Source: Gammaproteobacteria bacterium
Lineage (GTDB): Bacteria > Pseudomonadota > Gammaproteobacteria > SZUA-152
Length of the DNA: 64,000 nt
Assembly: GCA_021648485.1 (NCBI GenBank)
Contig: JAKISS010000002.1
Span: 14,443-78,442 of the forward strand
Direction: 5' to 3'
Each line of letters opens with the position of its first letter. Position 1 is the first letter of the stretch. The position numbers and the translations under genes were made by a program. A model generated the notes under the pieces. The model saw only the letters and a list, made by a program, of their open reading frames with translations. It was not told the DNA's origin and searched no databases. Positions 17,813 through 27,846 of the stretch are shown here, in pieces.

Positions 17813-20020
17813 TTATCGATCCAGCAATTGACGCACACCATTGCGCAAATGACTCAACACTTCAGCTTTGCCGGCCAAACCAAACCGATGGGCTACGCTT
17901 GCCCACGATTGTTTTTGCAACACCTTGATAAACAATACTTGATGTTCAACATCCGCAAATGCATTTGTGGATTTCTTTCCTGGCGTTATCAACAAACGCC
18001 AAATGGGTGCCAGCGCATCTTCGTAAGTACGCTCTCCCCTGGAAAAAGCGAACAACATATCCACGTCATGCTGATCAGGTAAGGCTATTTCAATACCATC
18101 AGTATTGCGCTGCAATAAAATAGCCGATACTGCCACATCCAGCATCTGTAACGGATCAGCCAACCACTGTGGCAAATCACGCTTAAAACGGGCACGGGCC
18201 GCAGCATAAACCTTTTCACCCGCAGCAGAAAGCGCCGCCAGAACCATCACTGAATATTCGCCACTGGCATGGCCACGCCGAAACCCTATACGTACCGGCA
18301 ATATGTTTTCATGTGCCCAAAAATGCAGCAATGATTCCGTGGCACCAAAACTGGCTCCGAATAAATCAGTACCCTGTTTTTTTACATCATTTTTGATGTG
18401 TTTTAATAATTGTCGGCCCAGGCCTTTCTGTTGCAATACCGGATGCACAGCAATACGCATTACCCGCGTACAATGCAAACCCGCAGCATCCTTCAAGCCC
18501 GCATGCACCATTAACGATTGAGGCATCAAATGGCCGCGCGGTCGACGCTGACCTGCAAAAATAGCCTCGGCAATCTGTGCATCAAAATCACCCTCAGTAG
18601 CCACCAGCGCCGTCGCCACCACCTGCCCTTGATAGCGACTGATATACACGGACAAACCCGGGCCATCCAGCAAGTTGCGCAGATCATTGGGGCGGGTGCG
18701 ATAATGCGCCACCACCAGCAGACCAAACACCTGCGCTAACAGAAATTCATTATTCACTAGCGCATCCCGGCTTATTTTTTCCATCACCACATTGTCCACT
18801 GTCGCTGTGCCAACCTGTTCATCATTGGCACTTGTGGCGTCCAGCAATAACATCTTGAATACCAGCTTTTCCAGCGGGTCATTTTCAGCCCACCGAACAG
18901 GTGTCTGTAATGTTATTTGATGCCAGCCCGGCGTCTGCTCATCGAGCGTTTGCCTGAAGCGCACGGCAAAACCCCGACCGGTCCCCTCATAACCATGAGT
19001 AGTGGTTGAAAAAACAAGTCGTGAATAACGGGTTAACAATTGTTGCAGGAGCGTGACCGGAATGGCCGCCGCCTCATCCACCAACACCAGGTCAGCTGGC
19101 ACGGCTGACAGACACAGCACATCCGGTGCAATAAACTGAATACTGGCATCACCCCATTGCACACAACCTTCACGCACACTGGCCTCAGGCAGGATTTTTT
19201 GCGCCTGTTGAAACAATGGCTGCACAGCAGAAAGTCGCGGTGCGGTAACCACAATGTGTATCGTTTGTGTTTGCAACAGCTGCGCCGCCGCAATGCCCAG
19301 CGCTACCGTTTTACCCCGCCCCCGGTCTGCCACCAACACCAATGGTCGCCGCCGGTGGCCATGCAACACATGTTCAATAGCGGTAACCGCAGCACGTTGA
19401 TCGTCTGTACGAAAAATATCATCCGGCATATCTACAGAATCTTGTGCTTTGGCAAACGCATGCACGACAGGCAACGCAGCACCCTGCTCAATCACCGTCA
19501 CAGCCTCAGGCGAGGCATTAATCACACGGACAATACGCCGTAAAAACCGACCACTGATATCTTCTGTGTTATACGGCCAGATGGCGATACGTTCTGCCGC
19601 AGGGTCATTCATATTTTCCCATTGTGCCAACGGTGGACATAACAATACCAATAAGCCACCACCACAAATCACGCCACTCACCGCACCAAAAGCATCAGGA
19701 TCAAAACCTGAATGGGCATCAAACACAATCGCATCGCGCTCCTCCCCAAGAAGTTTTTTTGCTGCGCTGATCGACACCACATCAGCACATTCCTGCTGCT
19801 CCGATGATACCCAGGTCACACGCGGCAACCCCGACAAAGCCATCAGTCGCATCCCCGCATCCCGACACCAGGCCGCATTCCCTGCCAGTACAATCATATG
19901 TCGATGCCGCACCTGCTGTGCCCGGGAAAGCAGTTTATCCATCAAAGCCAATAGCTCGGAATCATAAAAAGAAGGAGTTTCAATCAATGTCATGCCAGAA
20001 TCATAACACTCTGTCGGCAT
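17813..20020 (-). CDS. tmcA: tRNA(Met) cytidine acetyltransferase
   Basis: ~735 aa. Walker A DRGRGKT, DEAAAIP, C-terminal GNAT region (RIAVHPVLQQKGLGRQLL). Confidence 0.8.
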   Translation of the reverse strand: MPTECYDSGMTLIETPSFYDSELLALMDKLLSRAQQVRHRHMIVLAGNAAWCRDAGMRLMALSGLPRVTWVSSEQQECADVVSISAAKKLLGEERDAIVFDAHSGFDPDAFGAVSGVICGGGLLVLLCPPLAQWENMNDPAAERIAIWPYNTEDISGRFLRRIVRVINASPEAVTVIEQGAALPVVHAFAKAQDSVDMPDDIFRTDDQRAAVTAIEHVLHGHRRRPLVLVADRGRGKTVALGIAAAQLLQTQTIHIVVTAPRLSAVQPLFQQAQKILPEASVREGCVQWGDASIQFIAPDVLCLSAVPADLVLVDEAAAIPVTLLQQLLTRYSRLVFSTTTHGYEGTGRGFAVRFRQTLDEQTPGWHQITLQTPVRWAENDPLEKLVFKMLLLDATSANDEQVGTATVDNVVMEKISRDALVNNEFLLAQVFGLLVVAHYRTRPNDLRNLLDGPGLSVYISRYQGQVVATALVATEGDFDAQIAEAIFAGQRRPRGHLMPQSLMVHAGLKDAAGLHCTRVMRIAVHPVLQQKGLGRQLLKHIKNDVKKQGTDLFGASFGATESLLHFWAHENILPVRIGFRRGHASGEYSVMVLAALSAAGEKVYAAARARFKRDLPQWLADPLQMLDVAVSAILLQRNTDGIEIALPDQHDVDMLFAFSRGERTYEDALAPIWRLLITPGKKSTNAFADVEHQVLFIKVLQKQSWASVAHRFGLAGKAEVLSHLRNGVRQLLDR

Positions 20021-20067
20021 GAGAATAAAAATGACAATAAAGAAAAATACCGCACCGGTTAATACAT

Positions 20068-20412
20068 TTATCGCGCTGGTGGTGGATCAATATCACCGAT
20101 GCGTCTTGGAATAAGATGGAAATGCACATGTTCGATTTTCTGGCCCGCAGCCTCTCCTGAGTTTGCGCCAAAGTTGAACCCTTTCACCGAATCATCTTCT
20201 TTTATAATTTTTTCCCGGCATATCATTGCCAACTTGAAAATACTCACCAGCTCCTCCGCCGGAAGTACAAAAATATGCTTGTAATGTTTTTTGCTTAAAA
20301 TCAGCGTATGCAATTTCGTTACCGGATATTTGTCCCGAATAGCATAACTAAGCGCATTCTCCCCAATCAAATCAAATTTTTTTCTCTCACAAAATAAACA
20401 CTGTGGTTTCAT
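20068..20412 (-). CDS. HIT family hydrolase
   Basis: Histidine triad HVHFHLIPR. The gene is visibly AT-richer than its neighbours. Confidence 0.8.
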   Translation of the reverse strand: MKPQCLFCERKKFDLIGENALSYAIRDKYPVTKLHTLILSKKHYKHIFVLPAEELVSIFKLAMICREKIIKEDDSVKGFNFGANSGEAAGQKIEHVHFHLIPRRIGDIDPPPAR

Positions 20413-20542
20413 GTCCTTTTTACCTGTATAGCCAAGTTGCTATCGTGCTGTACCAGTGGTATCTCTGTGATGCACATAAACGTACAGAATCCTTAATTTT
20501 CCGGTTTCAGGCAATCGAGTTTGCAGGGCATAGCAAGGTCAT

Positions 20543-20672
20543 GGTGGAACCGCTACGCTTGTTCCACCCTACCTGGGTAGGGTGTAGAGTTGGAGCGCGC
20601 ATAGGTTTTTTGTGTCGCTCTATTCAGCACAGAGTAAAAACTGTAGGGTGGAACAAGCGTAGCGGTTCCACC
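20543..20672. repeat. REP-like hairpin pair in inverted orientation
   Basis: ggtggaaccgctacgcttgttccaccctac (20543-20572) is the exact reverse complement of 20643-20672. Each unit is itself a hairpin (ggtggaac/gttccacc). Confidence 0.85.
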
Positions 20673-20682
20673 AGGTTGCTCC

Positions 20683-22221
20683 CTAACGGTCGGGATCAAA
20701 ACCACCATACGCCACTCCCGTCAATGCGGCCATATCCCGATTCCAGGTCGTTAAATCTGCGTGATTAAATTTCTGCAAATGATCGTGGCCACAGGCACGG
20801 GCCATAACCTGCATCAGTTCAGTAGAGGCTTCAAGAAAACGGGCCAGCTGGTTGGCGGACTTTTCCACATTCAGTCTGGCGCGTAATTCGGATTTTTGCG
20901 TAGCAATACCTGCCGGACAATTATTAGTATTACACATGCGCGCAGCGACACAGCCGATGGATTGCATGGCCGAGTTGGAAAGAGCAACACCGTCAGCCCC
21001 CAGACACAACGCCTTGATAAAATCTGCGGGTGTGCGCAGGCCACCAGTGATGATTAATGTAATATCCTTTTGTTTTTGTTTGCCCAGTTTTTTATCAAGA
21101 TAATGTCTTGCCCGGGCCAGGGCGGGAATGGTGGGTACTGAAATATGATCACGGAAAATCAGCGGCGCAGCACCGGTACCACCACCACGACCGTCGAGGA
21201 TGATATAATCAACACCCGCTTCGATAGCGAATGCGATGTCTTTTTCAATGTGATTGGCGGACAACTTCATGCCAATGGGTACACCACCACTCCGTTCACG
21301 CACACGATCAGAAAAATGCTTGAAGTCTGCCGGAGTATTCAATTCGGCAAAAGTGGGGGGTGAAATAGCATCCTGACCTTTTTCCAAACCGCGTACCTGG
21401 GCAATTTTCTCCGTAACCTTCTTACCCGGCAGGTGACCACCGGTGCCGGTTTTGGCCCCCTGCCCCCCCTTGAAATGAAAGGCCTGTATGTTCGCCAGCA
21501 ATGATTCATCATAACCAAACTGTGCCGAAGCCAGTTCATAAAAATAACGGGAATTAGCCTCCTGTTCTTCCGGCAGCATGCCACCTTCACCGGAACAAAT
21601 ACCCGTTCCTGCCAGCTCAGCACCACGCGCCAGAGCCACCTTGGCCTCTTCGGAAAGCGCACCGAAACTCATATCGGAAACAAACAATGGAATTTTCAAT
21701 ATCAGTGGTTTTTTGGCCTTCGGGCCAATCACCAGTTCGCTACCCACTGCAACGTCTTCCATCAACGGCTTGCGTGCAAACTGCGCCGCGAGGATTTGAA
21801 TATCATCCCACTGTGGCAGCATATGACGAGGCACACCCATAGAGGCCATTTCGCCATGGTGGCCGGTTTTTGTAAGACCGTCACGCGCCAATGCATGAAT
21901 ACTTTCCAGAGTGGACTCTTCAGGGGTGTTTTTTGCTGACAGGGTATCAGTAGCGGCGGCGTAGTTGACCTTTTCATCTTCATCAAGCCGCGCATGGGCA
22001 CCATCACAAAACGGCGGCGTGCTGGTGCGTTTGCACTGACACAAATAAGCCTCTTGTGCCTCACCAACACTAAAGGTCATGGGCGTAAATTCAGTACCAC
22101 GGTGGGAACCGTCACAAAAGGGTTGATTACGGGACTGGCCGCAGGAACACCAATAATATTCTTCTCCCGCTTCCAGGTTTACAGCAATGGGTTTGGTGTC
22201 AGCAATGTTTGCTTTGCTCAT
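20683..22221 (-). CDS. FMN-dependent glutamate synthase-related protein with two N-terminal CDGSH iron-sulfur motifs
   Basis: Start ATG 22221 with AAGGAG 7 nt upstream. CSCGQSRNQPFCDGSH and CQCKRTSTPPFCDGAH. GltS FMN-domain motifs GEGGMLPEE, FKGGQGAKTGTGGHLPG, DGRGGGTGAAP, CNTNNCPAGIATQ. Confidence 0.8.
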   Translation of the reverse strand: MSKANIADTKPIAVNLEAGEEYYWCSCGQSRNQPFCDGSHRGTEFTPMTFSVGEAQEAYLCQCKRTSTPPFCDGAHARLDEDEKVNYAAATDTLSAKNTPEESTLESIHALARDGLTKTGHHGEMASMGVPRHMLPQWDDIQILAAQFARKPLMEDVAVGSELVIGPKAKKPLILKIPLFVSDMSFGALSEEAKVALARGAELAGTGICSGEGGMLPEEQEANSRYFYELASAQFGYDESLLANIQAFHFKGGQGAKTGTGGHLPGKKVTEKIAQVRGLEKGQDAISPPTFAELNTPADFKHFSDRVRERSGGVPIGMKLSANHIEKDIAFAIEAGVDYIILDGRGGGTGAAPLIFRDHISVPTIPALARARHYLDKKLGKQKQKDITLIITGGLRTPADFIKALCLGADGVALSNSAMQSIGCVAARMCNTNNCPAGIATQKSELRARLNVEKSANQLARFLEASTELMQVMARACGHDHLQKFNHADLTTWNRDMAALTGVAYGGFDPDR

Positions 22222-22330
22222 CAAGAACTCCTTTGTATTTTTATCATTCTTCTGTTTCTGGGCGGTATGACAAAACAACGTGAAAATATTGCTTGTCTAT
22301 CGCCCCATCCAGCTTGTTTTGTCATATCTC

Positions 22331-23254
22331 TTAAGAACGCCCATGTGCCAATAAAAAATCGATCTCCGGCCCTTTAGGCACGATACTACTGGGATTAAGC
22401 ATTTTATGACTGGCATAATAATGATATTTGACATGATCCATATTCACCGTTTTTGCAACACCAGCTACCTGATACAATTCCCGCGTGTAAGCCCACAAAT
22501 TCGGATAATCCACCAGGCGCTTTTTATTGCATTTGAAATGACCGACATACACCGCATCAAAACGCACCAAAGTAACAAATAATCGCCAATCCGCTTCAGT
22601 GATGTTTTCACCCACAAGATAGCGCTGAGTGGCCAATCGTATCTCCAGCTCGTCCAGCGTTGTGAACAACTGATCAAACCCCTGCTCATAAGCCTTTTGC
22701 GTGCGGGCAAAACCGGCGCGATATACACCATTATTCACTGTGTGATACACCACTTCGTTAATGGTATCAATCTCTTCACGCAAAGACTGTGGATAAAAAT
22801 CCATTTCGGCACATACGCCAGCACAATCATTAAATGCAGAATTCAACATACGAATAATTTCTGAGGATTCGTTATTCACAATAGTATTGCGCTGTTTATC
22901 CCATAACACTGGCACAGTCACCAGGTCATTAAAACCCGCATCTGCTATTTGATAAATTTCAGCCAATGTTTTGGCATTATTGACCTGATCCGGTGTCGCC
23001 CCCGGGTATTCCCCAAACACCCAGCTTTGCGCAGGCATCAACGGGTGTACCACAGACACCGAAATAGCATTTTCCAATCCCTTGAGCACCCGAAAAATCA
23101 ACGTACGATGCGCCCACGGACAGGCATAAGAAACGTAAAGATGATAACGTCCCGGCTCGGCGGAAAACCCCCCTTCGCCTGTGAGGCCGGGACTGCCATC
23201 CGGCGTTATCCAATTTCTGAAACCCGATGTTACCCGGACAAATTCACCTTTCAT
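22331..23254 (-). CDS. yqjG: Glutathionyl-hydroquinone reductase (Xi-class GST, YqjG/ECM4-like)
   Basis: GRYHLYVSYACPWAHRTLI motif; 307 aa. Confidence 0.8.
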   Translation of the reverse strand: MKGEFVRVTSGFRNWITPDGSPGLTGEGGFSAEPGRYHLYVSYACPWAHRTLIFRVLKGLENAISVSVVHPLMPAQSWVFGEYPGATPDQVNNAKTLAEIYQIADAGFNDLVTVPVLWDKQRNTIVNNESSEIIRMLNSAFNDCAGVCAEMDFYPQSLREEIDTINEVVYHTVNNGVYRAGFARTQKAYEQGFDQLFTTLDELEIRLATQRYLVGENITEADWRLFVTLVRFDAVYVGHFKCNKKRLVDYPNLWAYTRELYQVAGVAKTVNMDHVKYHYYASHKMLNPSSIVPKGPEIDFLLAHGRS

Positions 23255-23490
23255 GTTTTGCTCCTCCGTTGTTTAGAGCCAGTATAAATAGATAGGAAAA
23301 AGATCAAAGCGCAAAAAATCGACCGGCTTGATCGAATTATTTGAAGGGAAAGAAAATCAATCAGGCTCCAAGGTTTACCCATGAACAACGCGCTTATTTT
23401 TGGTGGTTTGCAGTATGTGAAATTTAGGTGCTGCCCATTACCGACACAAACGATAGTCACTGCAAAGGACGCGAAGGAGCGAAAAATTAT

Positions 23491-24510
23491 CTATTTTTTA
23501 TTACGCATGACCGCATATGCAGCCAATTTATTACTGTATGCTTTAATAAAATGGTCTGTAGCGCCTGCCTTGCCCCATGTCAATATCAGTCGATTAAAAA
23601 GCCGTATCGCCCGATCTATGATAGTCGGGTTTTGCAAAAGTCGCAGATCACTATAGTCGGTATTTTTACTAGCGGTGAGAAACCTCATGTCACCATGATG
23701 ACAATAACCCACTGTTTTCTCCAGCACCTTAACAATAATCCTGCTCACAAAGGGTATATGCGCAACCTCAAATATACTGATCAATAAGTGCTGTATATAG
23801 GCCGGGGGTACGCGAGGAACAAGATCCGCAGCATTCACAATACGATAAATAGGTGTTTTAATATCGCTACCAAAATCTGACGATGCAACTCTCGGACTAC
23901 CAAAAGTGTAACAGGCTCCCAGACTATCGGACGCCAAAAACTTAGTGGCACACAACGCCAATGCTCCCCCCAATGAATGCCCAGTTATATAAAGTGGGTA
24001 TCCATTATTCTGTAACAGCTCCAGCTCGGCCTCAATATCGGCTTTAACCTTACTAAAAGCCTGATAAAACCCACTGTGTATCTGGTACCCATCAATCTCT
24101 GTTGTCGTAGCTTTAAGATCGGTCTTAATATCTCGTATGTCTGCCTCGGTTCCCCTGAATGACAAAACATTCATCTTATATTTTTCGCTTGTGGCAAGAA
24201 AAGCCTGTGTACCATCAACATTGAATACAGATGACAATACAAAATCGCTAATAGTCAGATAACTTTTCAACTCAGCTTCAGCATTACCACTTAACTGCTG
24301 CTTATCACTTAACAACCTTTCCAGTACTTTTTTTATAGACTTCGGGTCAGATTCTTTAGTCAACGTCGCTGCAACATCATCAATATCGATACTGCCTTCA
24401 AATTTGAAATAAGCGAGCCGTGCCATTTCAGCCATCAACCAAGCAGTTCTGTCACTATAGGCTGCGCGACTCACTGGCGGCTTCAACAAGCTTTTATTAT
24501 CGAAATACAT
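23491..24510 (-). CDS. Class 3 lipase family protein
   Basis: Nucleophile elbow ITGHSLGGALA. AT-rich gene with long AT-rich flanks. Confidence 0.7.
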   Translation of the reverse strand: MYFDNKSLLKPPVSRAAYSDRTAWLMAEMARLAYFKFEGSIDIDDVAATLTKESDPKSIKKVLERLLSDKQQLSGNAEAELKSYLTISDFVLSSVFNVDGTQAFLATSEKYKMNVLSFRGTEADIRDIKTDLKATTTEIDGYQIHSGFYQAFSKVKADIEAELELLQNNGYPLYITGHSLGGALALCATKFLASDSLGACYTFGSPRVASSDFGSDIKTPIYRIVNAADLVPRVPPAYIQHLLISIFEVAHIPFVSRIIVKVLEKTVGYCHHGDMRFLTASKNTDYSDLRLLQNPTIIDRAIRLFNRLILTWGKAGATDHFIKAYSNKLAAYAVMRNKK

Positions 24511-25160
24511 ATTTGTGTTACCTGTATTAAAAGGAATTATTTTTTGATATTACACAGCTTTATTGCTTTTCGTTGCGATCATGGCAATCGAACCGTCTCC
24601 ATTAATAATTTTCCTCTCCTGACCATTTTTGCACGCACGGGATCAAGAATCAATATAACAGAAAATCTCTAAAAAACAGTGCTCTCTAATCCACAATAAT
24701 ACTTTTCTACCCCCCTGCAACACATACCCCACCAGACCATGAGGATGACTAAATCTCTGCGTATAAACCTGATTGATTCTGCGCATTTCTGCGGGCAGTC
24801 AGGCGTACATCTAATCATAGTTATATCTTATATACACTTATCACTCACCTGACTTAATTGATCATTTTTAAAATGAATATAAAAACTTAACAACCTATAA
24901 ATTAACAGCCTATAAATTAAAGAGGATAGCGTTCCTTTTTAGCACAGGGAATCCCTTAGTAGCTTCTCCAGGACCAGCTCTTATTAATGACCAGTCTCTC
25001 TCTTTATACATCCACATTTAAACCATAAAAAAATAACACAGGATTACCATTTGACAACTTACCGGTAATGTCCAGGTAATTTATGCCTCATATAATCACT
25101 TTAAATAAACAGAGTTATTCATCCGTAAAACCAAAGAAATAAAACAGGAAAACGCGAGCT

Positions 25161-25784
25161 ATGTCACATCACAAAAAAACAATTACGGGTGCGAAAAAAA
25201 CAATGAAAAAATCCGGAAAAATTTTTCTGCTGGGCACCCTGGTTATCGGATTATCATATATTTGGCAGGTGCAATTTAACTACCGCTTCGGTGTCATTAC
25301 AGAAAACAAGGTCTACAAATCCGGAAAAATACCACCCGAAAAAATCGCAGACTATCTCATTAAAAACAAAATTAAAACGGTGATTGACCTTAGACATCCT
25401 GCACTGCACGACACTTTAAATCCTGGAAAAAAGGATGGTATCGACTTGGAGCGGAAAGCCGTAGAAAAACTGCTCGGCGTTCGGTATATCAACATCCCCT
25501 CCGATCAAGTCCCCACAAAAGAAAACCTTGTGAAATTTTTTGAAGTAATGGATGACAGTGCATCGTATCCTGTGCTGATTCACTGTTATCATGGCACGGG
25601 ACGCGCCATTATCTACTCAGCAATCTACAGAATCGAATACGAAGGCATATCAGCGGAAGAAGCCAGACAACTTACGCGATTTAAACTCAATGGCAGTAGC
25701 TTTGACCGGGGACGTCGAAAAGGAGATTTCCTTATCAATTACAAAGCCAGAAAAGAAGGAAAAAAGGGGCTGTTCCACTCATGA
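25161..25784 (+). CDS. Membrane-anchored Cys-based (CX5R) protein/lipid phosphatase
   Basis: N-terminal TM segment IFLLGTLVIGLSYIW. Active-site loop HCYHGTGRA. Confidence 0.7.
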   Translation: MSHHKKTITGAKKTMKKSGKIFLLGTLVIGLSYIWQVQFNYRFGVITENKVYKSGKIPPEKIADYLIKNKIKTVIDLRHPALHDTLNPGKKDGIDLERKAVEKLLGVRYINIPSDQVPTKENLVKFFEVMDDSASYPVLIHCYHGTGRAIIYSAIYRIEYEGISAEEARQLTRFKLNGSSFDRGRRKGDFLINYKARKEGKKGLFHS

Positions 25785-26201
25785 TTCCGACCGCGTAAAC
25801 CGGTGTATCTGTCGCCGCGAACGTTTGGTCGGCCGCCCTTCCCCATGTGGTCGCTGCACCGCAGCGAGCTTGCGCAGTTCTTTTTCTTTTTCACGTTTCT
25901 GAATACTGTCTTCCGTCTCCCGGTAAAGCTGTTGCGCTACAACGGCTGGACCACGCTTGCCAGAAAGTGCCTGCACAATAATAGTTTTTTCGTCAAAACC
26001 CTGCCGAAGAACAAGCGTGTCACCCAGCCCCACTTCCCGGCTGGGTTTGGCTCGATGGCTGTTAACGCTAACTTTACCGCCTTTAATCGCTTCACTGGCA
26101 AGTGACCGGGTTTTGTAGAAACGTGCGGCCCACAGCCATTTGTCGATACGAGTCTTTTTTTCGCTGCGGGTTTTGGAATCAAGTGTGGATTTATGTGCCA
26201 T
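25779..26201 (-). CDS. hslR: Ribosome-associated heat shock protein Hsp15 (S4 RNA-binding domain)
   Basis: RIDKWLWAARFYKTRSLASEAIKGGKVSVN. Confidence 0.85.
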   Translation of the reverse strand: MAHKSTLDSKTRSEKKTRIDKWLWAARFYKTRSLASEAIKGGKVSVNSHRAKPSREVGLGDTLVLRQGFDEKTIIVQALSGKRGPAVVAQQLYRETEDSIQKREKEKELRKLAAVQRPHGEGRPTKRSRRQIHRFTRSES

Positions 26202-26212
26202 GTTACTAATCG

Positions 26213-27829
26213 TCAGGAAGGCGTTTCAATCAGGCATTGATTACGCCCGGCTTCTTTGGCGCGATACATGGCCTCGTCAGCACGCTGAAACAAACTTTCG
26301 GGGTTGTCGTTTTTACGCAGTTGAGCAATCCCGGCAGAAAAGGTGATGCTGACTTGTGTATTTTGATAATGAAATTGGCACTTCTCAACGGCAGCACGTA
26401 ATTTTTCGGCAGCAGCCACAGCGGACTCAATATCAGTTTCCGGCATCAGCACAACAAACTCTTCGCCGCCGAAGCGGGCAAGAAAATCACTTTCACGTAA
26501 ATGGTTGCGTAACTGGTCGGCAATTAATACCAATGCTTTGTCACCGGCTTTATGGCCGTAGGTGTCATTGACATGTTTAAAATGATCAACATCGATCATC
26601 ATCAGTACCATGGACTGCCCGTAACGTTTCCAGCGGGCAAATTCCTGCATGACTCTTTCGTCATAAGCGAGACGATTATAAAGACCGGTGAGCGGATCAC
26701 GCACGGCTTGTTCGTGTTTTTCCTGTAAGCGCTGACGTAATTTTTCACCCTCATTTTCCATACCGTGTACGCGACTGTTGAGGTGCGCCAGCTGAATCTC
26801 TAATTGCTGTTGGCGTGTTTCTTCTGTTTCACGATATTGCTCAAGGTGTTTACGAATGGCGTCAAGCCGACCCTGAATCTGTTGTTTGAGCTGGCTGGAT
26901 TCCGGTGCAGCTTCTACCTTGCTTTGAATATCCTGTACATGAGCATGTACTACGGCATCAAATTCACGACCGCTGTCCATGGATGCTTTGTGCGAGCTTT
27001 GTGCCCCGGAAAGATTTTGATCTATCTCTTTGAGGTTGTCGCCAAGCTGGTGCAAAAAAGTCTGTAGCTCTTTGTTTTCCTCTTCCATTTGTCGGCGCAT
27101 GGCAGAAATGAGGTTGGCAATAGCGGTCAGTGCGGGCGCAACCGAGTGGTCGGAAAGGCCTTCGCCGAATCGGTCCTTGAGGCTTTCCACCTGATCGGTG
27201 AGTTCTGCGGGCAGGCTTAGTGTATCCAGTAATTGAATACAGAATTCGTTGATTTGAGGTACGGCAGGCTTGTCCGTTGCGCTGCAGGTGTCACTGCCGA
27301 ACAAGCGGCTGAAAAAACCACCGCCCTGTTGTTCTTTATTGTTTTGCGTAACATGTTGCGAAACCGCATTCTCATGTTGCAGCGCTTCGTTAACCAATTC
27401 CGACAGTTCGCGCAGAGGTACTTCCATGTCGGCGAGGTTGTGCATGACACCAATCTTTTGACGCAGGACTTTGATGCGTGCATTGAGCGGAGCAGGAAAC
27501 GACAAACTGTCCAGCCAATGGGTCAGCAACTCCTGCGGACTGTGAGCCGTATTTTTGTCGCCCCGGTGCTCGTCCAGCCTTTTAACAGACTGAGTCAGGT
27601 CGCTAACCACCTTTTCAAGCTGTTGCAAATCGATGTCTTTGCGCAAGGTTTTACGCAGCAACGCGAGGTCGTCATCCAGAGAAGCATTCAGCCCTTGTGC
27701 AGCCAGCGCAACACGGGTGAGTCCCTGCTTGAGCAAGGCTTCGGTGGCCTGCCATTTATCTTCCTGTTTTTCGAGATTATCCAGACTCGCAAGATATTTT
27801 TGTTTCCAGTTTTCTTCGTCCATAGGCAC
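26213..27829 (-). CDS. Diguanylate cyclase with long coiled-coil N-terminal region
   Basis: C-terminal GGDEF domain with RFGGEEF and DPLTGLYNR. Confidence 0.85.
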   Translation of the reverse strand: MPMDEENWKQKYLASLDNLEKQEDKWQATEALLKQGLTRVALAAQGLNASLDDDLALLRKTLRKDIDLQQLEKVVSDLTQSVKRLDEHRGDKNTAHSPQELLTHWLDSLSFPAPLNARIKVLRQKIGVMHNLADMEVPLRELSELVNEALQHENAVSQHVTQNNKEQQGGGFFSRLFGSDTCSATDKPAVPQINEFCIQLLDTLSLPAELTDQVESLKDRFGEGLSDHSVAPALTAIANLISAMRRQMEEENKELQTFLHQLGDNLKEIDQNLSGAQSSHKASMDSGREFDAVVHAHVQDIQSKVEAAPESSQLKQQIQGRLDAIRKHLEQYRETEETRQQQLEIQLAHLNSRVHGMENEGEKLRQRLQEKHEQAVRDPLTGLYNRLAYDERVMQEFARWKRYGQSMVLMMIDVDHFKHVNDTYGHKAGDKALVLIADQLRNHLRESDFLARFGGEEFVVLMPETDIESAVAAAEKLRAAVEKCQFHYQNTQVSITFSAGIAQLRKNDNPESLFQRADEAMYRAKEAGRNQCLIETPS

Positions 27830-27846
27830 GTTATCTTTGGTTTGGC

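Noticed and set aside
22267-22325. 12-bp perfect inverted repeat atgacaaaacaa-N35-ttgttttgtcat between yqjG and the CDGSH-GltS gene, considered as an operator or terminator
   Set aside because: The 35-nt loop and the lack of a T-tract argue against a terminator. A single AT-rich 12-mer pair is too weak to call a regulator site without a candidate regulator. Noted only.
24894-24920. Possible CRISPR or other spaced repeat arrays (for example cctataaattaa x2 here; aataaggggtc x2 at ~32297-32320)
   Set aside because: Only two short units each, with no regular repeat-spacer periodicity and no cas genes. I noticed no CRISPR-like array anywhere in the window.
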